Shown here: in pieces, positions 26,101 to 33,745 of the stretch
Layout: the number at the start of each line of letters is the position of its first letter
How positions within the stretch are numbered: the first letter of the stretch is position 1
NCBI GenBank assembly: GCA_002269645.1
Contig: NIVC01002505.1
Coordinates: 1-40,329 of the forward strand
DNA length: 40,329 bases
Origin: Macrostomum lignano
Taxonomy: Eukaryota
Direction of reading: 5' to 3'
Translations under genes and position numbers: made by a program
The notes under the pieces: model-generated
Seen by the model: only the letters and a program-made list of their open reading frames with translations
Told to the model about the DNA's origin: nothing
Database searches by the model: none

Positions 26101-29100
26101 GCCGCCGGACAAAATCTCGCACCTGCTGCTGTAGAGGTCAAAATTCGAATCGCCTGGTGTGCAGAAACGGTCGCCGACTTCGAATCATTGTCCGATACAA
26201 GTTCGACGGGCGTCGAGGCGTCTGTCATAGGCGAGTTCATAAAATCGACACCTCAGCCTCGCTACACGCTCGCTGCCGTCCAGTCAAACTGCGACGTCGC
26301 GGCTCTTGCGATGCTAAAGGCTGGCGTCGCGACGTTTTGGTACATCGCTACGTCACTAAGAAATCTTGTCGATGCCACACAAAACGGCGCCACCTACGCG
26401 CTGTTCGCTGCCGTTGTCCATCGACTAAACGTCAGCAAAAATGTCGACGCAATCGACGCGGTCATTGGTACCGCGTTACCTGCCGTATTGAGTACAAACT
26501 GCATCGTCGCGGTTGCAAAAAGCGGAGACATTGTTCAAAGCGTCGAGTCGTTTGTCGACACAAGAAAAGAGTTGTCCGGGTTCGAGGCCGGTGCCATCGA
26601 CATAGCTGCCGTCGCCGAAACAGTGTAGTCACATACAGCGTTCATAAATGTCGCTGCAGGAAAAGAGTCAAGACTTTAACTCAAGTCTGCTGTAAGTATT
26701 CGTAAGAGTATTTGCATGCGTGCTTAGAATACAAAAATGCGTCTTGCTCGTTGAAAACCAGCCACGTATGCAAAAAGCAGGCGCGGCGCATCCAAAGGCT
26801 GTGTACAGCTAGGTGCCCATAACTTCCGTCCAGAATTTTCACCACAGCTCAGGGCCATCTATCATATCAGAGTTAGGTAAAGTGAAGCTCAACTTCATTT
26901 TTTGTCTTTTCTTACTGTGGCTATTTTGAGGGGTGACACTATACGACGTAGCCTATTAGGTTGCGCACTAACCGCGAAAAACTCTGCTTAACTTGCCTCT
27001 CTAGCAGTGAATTTACTAGCCTACTAAGCTAGGGACCTTCTGGCCTACTAGAGCGCTATTATGGCATTACAAAAGTCGCTCTATTAAAACATTTTCGGAA
27101 CATTTTCAACAGGCTGCAAGCGAAAAAGTCGTAAGCACAGTTTCTGCAACAAGCGCCGACACGCTATAGTTCGAGTTAAAACGCACTACCGCCTGGTTCA
27201 CGGCGCTTGTCGCCCTGTCTCGCGCAAGACGGAGCACCCCATCCGATGTCGCACCGATCGTCGTAAGCTACCGGGCCACTGCCGACGCCACAAAAACGGC
27301 TTTTATCGACGCGTAGTCACGCAGACCTGGCATCGACGTGGCTGTCGTTGCATTCGACGAACACGTAAAAGTGGTTTGCGCCTTTGCCGATGCTCGTCGA
27401 AGAGACGCAAAGTTCAGCGCTGTCTGTCGCGACGTGGAGTGATAGTTACAATCGAGAGTTGGCTGCATCCGCGCGGCAACAGCTGTAAACTGCGCAGTCG
27501 CACCGTCGGCCGAGAGCGAGTCACCTGCAGCCATCGTCGCGTTCGAGTTAAGGGTCGCTGCGGTCGCGGCAAAGCGGCAAAGGCGGCCGCTGCTGCAGCG
27601 AAGGACGGTCGGAAATTCGCTATTGAAACTGTCACGTGGCAGCGCAGGGCTGGCTGCAAGTGCAGGCAAGTTGAAGCGTTTTTGATCTTGATTTGTTTAT
27701 CTTGTCTTTTATCTTTCTGTTTTATCTTTATCGTCTTTTTGCAGACGGATCCGCCGCTCCCACGTCCGCCTCTGTGCATGTACAAAACGCGTTCGTCGAG
27801 TGACACGTTGCCATGCCAACCGCCAACTTTCGGTTACGCTTTATCATCACCGTCTGGCGCATTCTCGCAATGGATCTGCGACATGCAAAATCGTACGAAA
27901 AACTCGCCGCCACCGAGTCCGCTGCCGTCGACCAGTGATCCGCATGGGACGAAAATGTCACTCAGGCAAACGAACTGTCATCGTTAAAGTCTTCACGCCG
28001 AAGAAATGTCGCTGCAAAGCAAAACTTTACCGACGTTTGATAGCCTGCAAAGCCGCCTGCACTGACAAGCTTCCTAGCAAGGTGTGCAAGAAGTGGGCCG
28101 CATCTCGTAAAATTAAGATTTGCCGTCGACACCCCCACTTGGCTGATCGGCTGTGCGCTGCAACATGTGGAAAATGTAAGCTTAGGATAGTGGAACTGTC
28201 TTCGATTTTCCATTTTTATAACTAAGTTATGACTCTATTTAATTTACCATCAAACAGGCTGCAGCAAATCGACAATCGTCCACGTAGGAGAGCACTGTCT
28301 GCTGGCTCAAAATCGTACACTGCTTGCCAGTCAAAATGATACGAGTAGCAACCATAAACTTACCCTTGCAAAGCTGACCACGTTTGAGGCCTGCAGCCGT
28401 TCCTGCTTGGCTAATCCTCACTGCCGAGCCTTTGACTATAAACGCAGCAGCGGCCACTGTCGCCTGCTCCGCATCAACCACCACAGCCTCGACCGCGACC
28501 TTCCGGAACTCAAGCCCACCCCGGGCTGCCTGCTGTTCGAAAAAGCTTGTCAACGAAAGCCAAAAGGCTGCCCGCATCGACGCATTCAGAAGTCTTGGGC
28601 CTGCGTTTGTCGTCGATTCTTTGGCAAGGATCGACGTCCGCTGTGTTATCGACGCGCTCTCATCGCTGTTTACTTCCGACGCAGCCGCCGCCGCTGTGTC
28701 CACAAACTTCGCCGAATTTTAATTCCTTGCCACGATTGCGAGGACAAGAAGCGCTGGTGCCAACAAGCCGCTCGTAAGGGCAAGTGCGCCAAGGATTCCC
28801 GCGTGAGAAAACTTTGTCCGCACAGCTGTCACAAGTGCGCCCGACATCGCACTCGGGCAGGACGCGCAGGTCATGGTCATCGGCTAATGCGCCGTCGCAT
28901 TAGTGCTTGCTCCAAATCTGGCTGGCGTAAGATCGTTCGAGGTGGACTGTACTACGACAGGCGACTGAAGCTGTGGCGAGTTTATAAGGGAGTGAGTCAC
29001 AAACGCTGCATTCGCTGCCCAATCGGTTCCAGACTGATTGTTGGACGCTGCACCAAGCACGGCAAACGGAAGCTGACCTGGATTGTGGTTACTAGACACA

Positions 29101-29664
29101 GTCGTCGGGGTCATCACGGTCGACCCTGTCGAATCAAAAAGAAACATCGCCTGGTGAGCTGTCGCGGCTGCGGCGGACTCGATATAGTTCGAAAAGTTGG
29201 CCATTGCGTTCGCAAGCCGGGACACGGCTGGCACCGCGTGGTGACGAGTACATTCACGGAGCGCAACAGTCGTAAGCATCGCTGCATTGTGCGCCACCAT
29301 AAGAACACATTCGCGTGCTCGCCGAAGTGTCCCAAGCGTAGCGTTAGCCGGTCTCGGTGCAAGTGCGGCCGTCGCGTTGTTTGCACTCGGTATTATGTCA
29401 CCTACCCCGGTCGGCGCCGCTGCGTGGCTAAGAAGATCACCCGAAGCGAGAAATGCGTCAGTGCCGCCTCTGGTAAGAACCGTCCTTGACGTCAAATTAC
29501 TTTTTACAAGCATGAACAAATTCACTATAGTGATCTACAATTTCTAACTCTTTTTAGATTGCAACGATCAAATCAAGGCGCACGATTGTCAAGCAATCAA
29601 GCACTCGGGAATGTGCTCTACGCTGCACCGTCTATGCGCGAAAACTTGCGGTCGCTGCAAGTAG
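5039..29664 (+). CDS. Giant secreted Lys/Arg/Cys-rich multidomain protein (~5,476 aa): SP-VWD-C8-TIL-ShKT x2-(K/R/C modules)n-vWA-(modules)-ShKT-PAN-ShKT-(modules)-ShKT. Candidate adhesive, mucus or extracellular structural protein.
   Basis: Hand-spliced join(5039..5117,5873..6147,6839..7327,7937..8371,9005..9142,9659..9952,10350..10745,11444..11698,12337..12656,12746..13316,13401..13667,13747..14163,14239..14370,14493..15345,15489..16414,16505..16789,16873..17010,17103..18024,18112..18419,18521..19166,19275..19504,19599..20114,20208..20510,20681..22568,22700..23004,23435..23704,23776..23904,24000..24546,24634..25671,25940..26691,27113..27665,27745..28175,28258..29472,29558..29664). All 33 introns have matching phases (32 GT-AG, 1 GC-AG). 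Exons total 16,430 nt, one short of 5,477 codons, which matches the frameshift near 7144. Stop TAG at 29662-29664. Confidence 0.88.
5200..5810. repeat. Diverged ~30-36-bp minisatellite in intron 1 (GGTAGACATTGAGGGTAATTATAATTGGTAGATTAG-like)
   Basis: Recurring GGTAGACATTG and ATTGGTAGAT motifs. Confidence 0.85.
5873..7327 (+). CDS. Exons 2-3: von Willebrand factor type D domain followed by a C8 domain
   Basis: CYASVGGARGHIYQFDG...GC, KLT|VNGQ, GLAGDCDG and SWLSEAGC match VWD hallmarks. PCIADAC...C..FY...RRC...LSWRHRSGC matches C8. C8 is in a shifted frame after ~7144. Confidence 0.8.
6183..6657. repeat. 28-bp minisatellite in intron 2 (GGATCTGGGAGGCTGGCCCAGCAACTGA)
   Basis: Unit starts at 6183 and 6211; about 17 units. 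Confidence 0.95.
7440..7846. repeat. 46-50-bp minisatellite in intron 3 (CAGGTGAAATCAGAGATAAGGTGG...GGCGGCCCTC), 9 copies
   Basis: CAGGTGAAATC at about 7443, 7493, 7541, 7587, 7633, 7682, 7728, 7778 and 7824. Confidence 0.95.
7937..8371 (+). CDS. Exon 4: TIL domain plus two ShKT domains
   Basis: CGPNEHFTSRASPCPATCG...C...GCRCKRGFVLDSSNRCVPPKEC is TIL. CLDRMPRKKCLKW..RGRC......ARFCRLTCGHC and C......DKLCKNILRQGKC....YKAVCAATCG are ShKT-like. Confidence 0.88.
8530..8905. repeat. 25-bp minisatellite in intron 4 (GGCGCCAAAATAGAATGTCAGTTTA)
   Basis: Direct periodicity. Confidence 0.95.
9005..28040 (+). CDS. Exons 5-32: long array of ~40-50-aa Lys/Arg/Cys-rich modules, interrupted by vWA
   Basis: Recurring patterns CP(K/R)P-x5-C-x6-W/V-x6-Y/W-x-L-x2-G-x-C-x10-12-C and C-x3-(T)C-x8-Y-x4-C-x-C-x9-CCC; very few acidic residues. 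Confidence 0.85.
9228..9611. repeat. 16-bp minisatellite in intron 5 (AAGGGGCTTTAGCACC, switching to AAGGGGCGCCAGCACC at the 3' end)
   Basis: Direct periodicity. Confidence 0.95.
10004..10255 (+). mobile_element. tRNA-derived SINE, copy 1 (intron 6)
   Basis: A-box-like TAGCCTAGTTG, B-box GGTTCGATTCCC, central GTGTCCTTGAGCAA...CCAGCTGTAAAATGGG; closely similar copy at 23080-23356. Confidence 0.8.
10948..11146 (+). mobile_element. Second interspersed repeat family, copy 1 (intron 7), possibly SINE-like
   Basis: CAGGCTCGATTCCA.GTGCAGTC.CATTAATTTG...GAATCTCGGCTTGGCTCTGCTCGTGCAATT and GCGTACGTATCCGCG..GTGTGCCTGCTCA are shared in inverted orientation with 30444-30630. Confidence 0.7.
11281..11425. 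repeat. ~20-bp AT-rich tandem repeat (TTTTTCTTAGAAACAAAGAA / ...ACATTGA)
   Basis: Direct periodicity just upstream of the exon 8 acceptor. Confidence 0.85.
11835..12222. repeat. 20-bp minisatellite in intron 8 (GGTGATGATCCTGTCTAACA)
   Basis: Direct periodicity, about 19 units. Confidence 0.95.
23080..23356 (+). mobile_element. tRNA-derived SINE, copy 2 (intron 25)
   Basis: GTTGTAGCCTA..AGTTGGAGCGTC...GGTCGGGGGTTCGATTCTCG...GTGTCCTTGAGCAAGACACCTAACTCTGCATTGC...GCTGTAAAATGGGTGCCAGCATTAGCTGGGGTAATTGAGG, as in 10004-10255. Confidence 0.8.
25168..25980 (+). CDS. Degenerate von Willebrand factor A domain (exon 29 and start of exon 30)
   Basis: ELVVAVDLHSSV...VRTVLFTYSS...KTNLFGALKAI...KRIVLVVTRGRH...ARLFVIGFG...WLASRP follows the vWA motif order. 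Confidence 0.8.
28048..29664 (+). CDS. C-terminal cap: ShKT, PAN/apple, ShKT, basic Cys modules, terminal ShKT
   Basis: CTDKLPSKVCKKWA...CAATCGKC; TFEACSRSCLANPHCRAFDYKRSSGHCRL (PAN); CEDKKRWCQQAARKGKC...CPHSCHKC; CNDQIKAHDCQAIKHSGMCSTLHRLCAKTCGRCK*. Confidence 0.85.
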
Positions 29665-29777
29665 CATTTGCGCTCTGAAACTGAAAACTTTATTCAAAGC
29701 ACTCAAAGCACTCTGGTCAAGAAAACTGATTACATTTTTTTGTGGTGGTTGAACTGAAGCGAGTCTCGCTACTCAAA

Positions 29778-29783
29778 AATAAA
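29778..29783 (+). terminator. Probable polyadenylation signal of the giant gene
   Basis: AATAAA about 115 nt after the TAG stop. Confidence 0.6.
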
Positions 29784-30443
29784 ACCAGTTAGCTGACGAA
29801 ATTACATTTATCATTTGACGCTCAACTGACTTTGCGTGCCTTATTTAGGGTAATTAAGCTCTCAATTATAATTAAGTTAGGCTGTGTAACTTGAAAAAAA
29901 GGTAAAGTTGCATGCCAAATGGACTAATTTGACCCCAAAAATGCACTCAGTTTGTCGTGATTAAGCCATTTCGAGCCCGCGAAATGTGTCACAAAGTCAG
30001 TCAGGCTTGTCTCTAAAATGAGACACTAGATTATAGAAAGGGAGACGAGGTTGCTCAAAGCTAAGGAAGGTCCTTCGAAGCGGTCGCATTAACTTCCTTA
30101 GTTAACGGGTCGGGCAGGTAATTGAGTTAAACGAAAAAAGAAGGTAGGTAGAAAAGAAATAAGAGGTTGGACGGTCTGAAGCTGAGAGACTTCAGTCACT
30201 TCCTTCTATAAAGGCGTCTGCCCGGATTCAAACCAGCCTGCCTAACCTCATATTTCCGTGCGCTTAACCCTTCTCAGTTCCTCGTCATAAGGAAGCTTTT
30301 ATATCCTTCGTGCCTGGAGTTCTCTTTCTCAGTCTCTCATTAGCAGCGAATTTTGTAAAGCCGCAACTGACCATGGAATGGGTGACAAGTAAGATCTTCC
30401 TGCCTTAGTAATTCTACTTATCCTGACTGTGGTGCTACACAGT

Positions 30444-30630
30444 GAGCAGGCACACGGATACGTACGCGGATACGTACGCAGTCATACGCACAGGCACACA
30501 CTCACACAGGACAGTACATCTGCCCTAACTTCAATAATTATTGTTAGGGTCGCTAATTGCACGAGCAGAGCCAAGCCGAGATTCAAATTTTGCCTCAAAT
30601 TAATGTGACTGCACTTGGAATCGAGCCTGG
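30444..30630 (-). mobile_element. Second interspersed repeat family, copy 2
   Basis: Reverse-complement match to 10948-11146 with a divergent middle. Confidence 0.7.
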
Positions 30631-31339
30631 CACATAAGAGCGCGGCGCCAGACCACTGACTCTGGTGCTGATGAAAAGCTTTAGAAAGGTATTGCTGACC
30701 TGGTCTACCTAAGTAACACTCCATAGTTTATTAATATACTTGAAGCAATTGACTCAATGGTGATACTTTAGCGCCTATTGTATCACATTTTGCGATTCAA
30801 CTACTCAGATGTAGGGATGAACGTATTTATACTGTGTATAGTTATTGACTAAGCGAGACTTCACTCAACGAGAAATCGGTCCTGCAGTTGAATTAGGAGC
30901 AAATATAGTTAATACAGAGAGAGCATTGTCAACAGAACCGACATAAAGAGAGAGAGATTGCAATGCATTGCTACCTACAAATAAACCGTATATTATCGAT
31001 TGCAAAAGCAAGTTGCAATGAATATGAATGAGTAGATGAAGCACCTGGCTAGTTACTCTAGTTACTCTACATCAGCGCGAAGCTGGTACGCAATGAAAAA
31101 AGCCACATCACTTTCAAGGCAGGAAATTTGTTTTCTGAGTTGCCTGGATTTATCGTCACACTATCTGGTGTTGTACTTGTCGTTGCGTGCTATAACCACG
31201 GAGGAAACCATAGCATTCTGATATTTGAACTATAGTTTAGATGTAACAACAACGGCGAAAATGTCTCATTTTGCCTGTCGTCTATCTGTCTACCTGCCTG
31301 TTATAGTGTCAGTCTATCTTCGTTCTGCCTGTATATCTT

Positions 31340-31399
31340 AGTGTCTGTGTCTTAGTGTCTGTCTGTCTTAGTGTCTGTCTGTCTGTCTGTCTGTCTTAG

Positions 31400-31436
<37 letters not shown>

Positions 31437-31545
31437 GCCTGCTTGTTTTAGTGTCAGTCTATTTTCGTTCTGCCTGTCTGTCTTAGTGTCTCTGTCTGTC
31501 TGCCTTCCTGCCTGTTTTAGTGTCTGTCTGTCTGTCTGTCTATGC
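31340..31545. repeat. (GTCT)n microsatellite with GTCTTAGT interruptions
   Basis: Direct. Confidence 0.9.
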
Positions 31546-31909
31546 ATTTCAAAGCATCGTGACTTATTGCATTAGCGGTCTTCATTCGTTTCCAAGCTTT
31601 ACTTTGATAAAAATTTGCAACTAGCTACGCCCAAACTCATAAATCTGCACTTTAATCTGCAATATAACACGTTTTACCCACCTGGAAATCAGAAATTTTC
31701 AGTTTCTCTCCTTCCCCCACCGCGATTCCTTCTTAACTGATCTTCACTTCCCCGGCAATCCACCTCATCCCTACTGTATCCCGAACGGGCCAACAGGATT
31801 GGTCAAATTTGCCGTCCCATCATGATACGAGTATTTAGCATCTCCGCCTAGAGAACTCATCCAGCCACTTTCAAATTGAACCTTAGCGCCTGCAATATCA
31901 GCCAGAGCC

Positions 31910-32530
31910 ATGTCTCCAACCGCAACCTTGGCGTCCGCAACTTGGCCAGTCTGTTTGGCACTCGTCACCTCGGCTATCAGCGCGGGCGTACTGGTGGCAG
32001 CGGCTCTCTACTGCTGCCTCCGGGACACAAGTCGGTTCACCTGCTGCGGCGCTGAGTTTTACTTTGCCTCCGAACTGTCGTCCTGGAGCGACTACGATGA
32101 ACCCGGATGTACATGTAGCAGCGGAATCGGTGACGCCGCTACCACATCCGTCAGCCACTATTCAACGCACTGTCGATATCAGCGTCAGGCTGCACTGTTG
32201 TCCTCACCGACAATGTTTCAGCAGCAGGGCGACAGCGGCAGCCTCAGGCTTCAACCGATGACCTCATCGACTGTGATTAGTAACCACAGCAACGCGAGCT
32301 CCCTACCTGTAACGCCTCGAACCGTGGATGAAACTCGAGTGCTGTTAGTACCCACGGTAGTCGAGCTAGACGACGACGAAGAATGCGACGAGTTTGTTGA
32401 TGGCGACAACGGAGCTCTGCAAACAGCTACTGCGTCGTCTCGGTTTGCTGCTCTGATCAATAGCGGATCTAGTGGGTCAGCTGGACAGCGAATGGGAGCT
32501 GAAGCGCCTTGTAGACGAGACTATGTGTAG
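31910..32530 (+). CDS. Probable single-exon orphan single-pass membrane protein, 206 aa
   Basis: gccATG start with an upstream in-frame TGA at 31877; hydrophobic VCLALVTSAISAGVLVAAALY followed by CC; Ser/Thr-rich and acidic tail; GC-rich against AT-rich flanks. No recognisable domain. Confidence 0.55.
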   Translation: MSPTATLASATWPVCLALVTSAISAGVLVAAALYCCLRDTSRFTCCGAEFYFASELSSWSDYDEPGCTCSSGIGDAATTSVSHYSTHCRYQRQAALLSSPTMFQQQGDSGSLRLQPMTSSTVISNHSNASSLPVTPRTVDETRVLLVPTVVELDDDEECDEFVDGDNGALQTATASSRFAALINSGSSGSAGQRMGAEAPCRRDYV

Positions 32531-32629
32531 CGATGTACGTTGAATAGTTGAAGAACGTTTTGCTGACCAAGAATTGCGTAACCTGCTTTGAAATTTACTT
32601 ACAGTACGCGTACTTTGATAGCAGCCTAT

Positions 32630-33745
32630 TGAAACGCACCGGAAGAGGGATTAGCAGTTCATTTAAACACACCGGAAGAAGGATTAGCAGTTCATTTAAA
32701 CACACCGGAAAACGATTAGCATTTCATTTAAACACACCGGAAGAAGGATTAACAGTTTATTTAAACACACCGGAAGAAGAATTAACAGTTTATTTAAACA
32801 CACCGGAAGAAGGATTAACAGTTTATTTAAACACACCGGAAGAAGAATTAACAGTTTATTTAAACACACCGGAAGAAGGATTAACAGTTTATTTAAACAC
32901 ACCGGAAGAAGGATTAACAGTTCATTTAAACACACCGGAAGAAGGATTAACAGTTTATTTAAACACACCGGAAGAAGGATTAGCAGTTCATTTAAACACA
33001 CCGGAAGAAGGATTAGCAATTCATTTAAACACACCGGAAAACGATTAGCATTTCATTTAAACACACCGGAAGAAGGATTAACAGTTTATTTAAACGCACC
33101 GGAAGAGGGATTAACAGTTTATTTAAACACACCGGAAGAAGGATTAACAGTTCATTTAAACACACCGGAAGAAGGATTAACAGTTTATTTAAACACACCG
33201 GAAGAAGGATTAGCAGTTCATTTAAACACACCGGAAGAAGGATTAGCAATTCATTTAAACACACCGGAAAACGATTAGCATTTCATTTAAACACACCGGA
33301 AGAAGGATTAACAGTTTATTTAAACGCACCGGAAGAGGGATTAGCAGTTCATTTAAACACACCGGAAGAAGGATTAGCAGTTCATTTAAACACACCGGAA
33401 AACGATTAGCATTTCATTTAAACACACCGGAAGAAGGATTAGCAGTTCATTTAAACACACCGGAAGAACGATTAGTAGTTCATTTAAACACACCGGAAGA
33501 AGGATTAACAGTTTATTTAAACACACCGGAAGAAGGATTAAAAGTTCATTTAAACACACCGGAAGAAGGATTAGCAGTTCATTTAAACACACCGGAAGAA
33601 GGATTAGTAGTTCATTTAAACACACCGGAAGAAGGATTAGCAGTTCATTTAAACACACCGGAAGAAGGATTAGCAGTTCATTTAAACACACCGGAAGAAG
33701 GATTAACAGTTCATTTAAACACATCGGAAGAGGGATTAGGATATT
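32630..33745. repeat. 33-bp minisatellite (TTAAACACACCGGAAGAAGGATTAACAGTTTAT) with periodic 32-bp variant units
   Basis: Direct periodicity, about 33 units. Confidence 0.95.

Noticed and set aside
14489-29525. Long Ala/Val/Ser/Thr-rich alternative-frame and antisense ORFs (e.g. 25966-26628 +, 24692-25273 -, 28884-29525 -)
   Set aside because: Shadows of the Arg/Cys/Lys codon bias of the real exons; no independent splice signals or domains
5039-29664. Naming the giant gene Mlig-ap1 or Mlig-ap2, or calling it protamine-like
   Set aside because: Domain order differs from what I recall of both (no C-type lectin or EGF array; no ap2-type repeat core); the signal peptide and Cys modules argue against a nuclear protein. 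A database search is needed.
31771-32158. Protein-like minus-strand ORFs overlapping the membrane-protein ORF
   Set aside because: Short, closed by an upstream stop near 32008, no good acceptor; the + ORF is longer with a coherent topology. Not fully excluded without RNA data.
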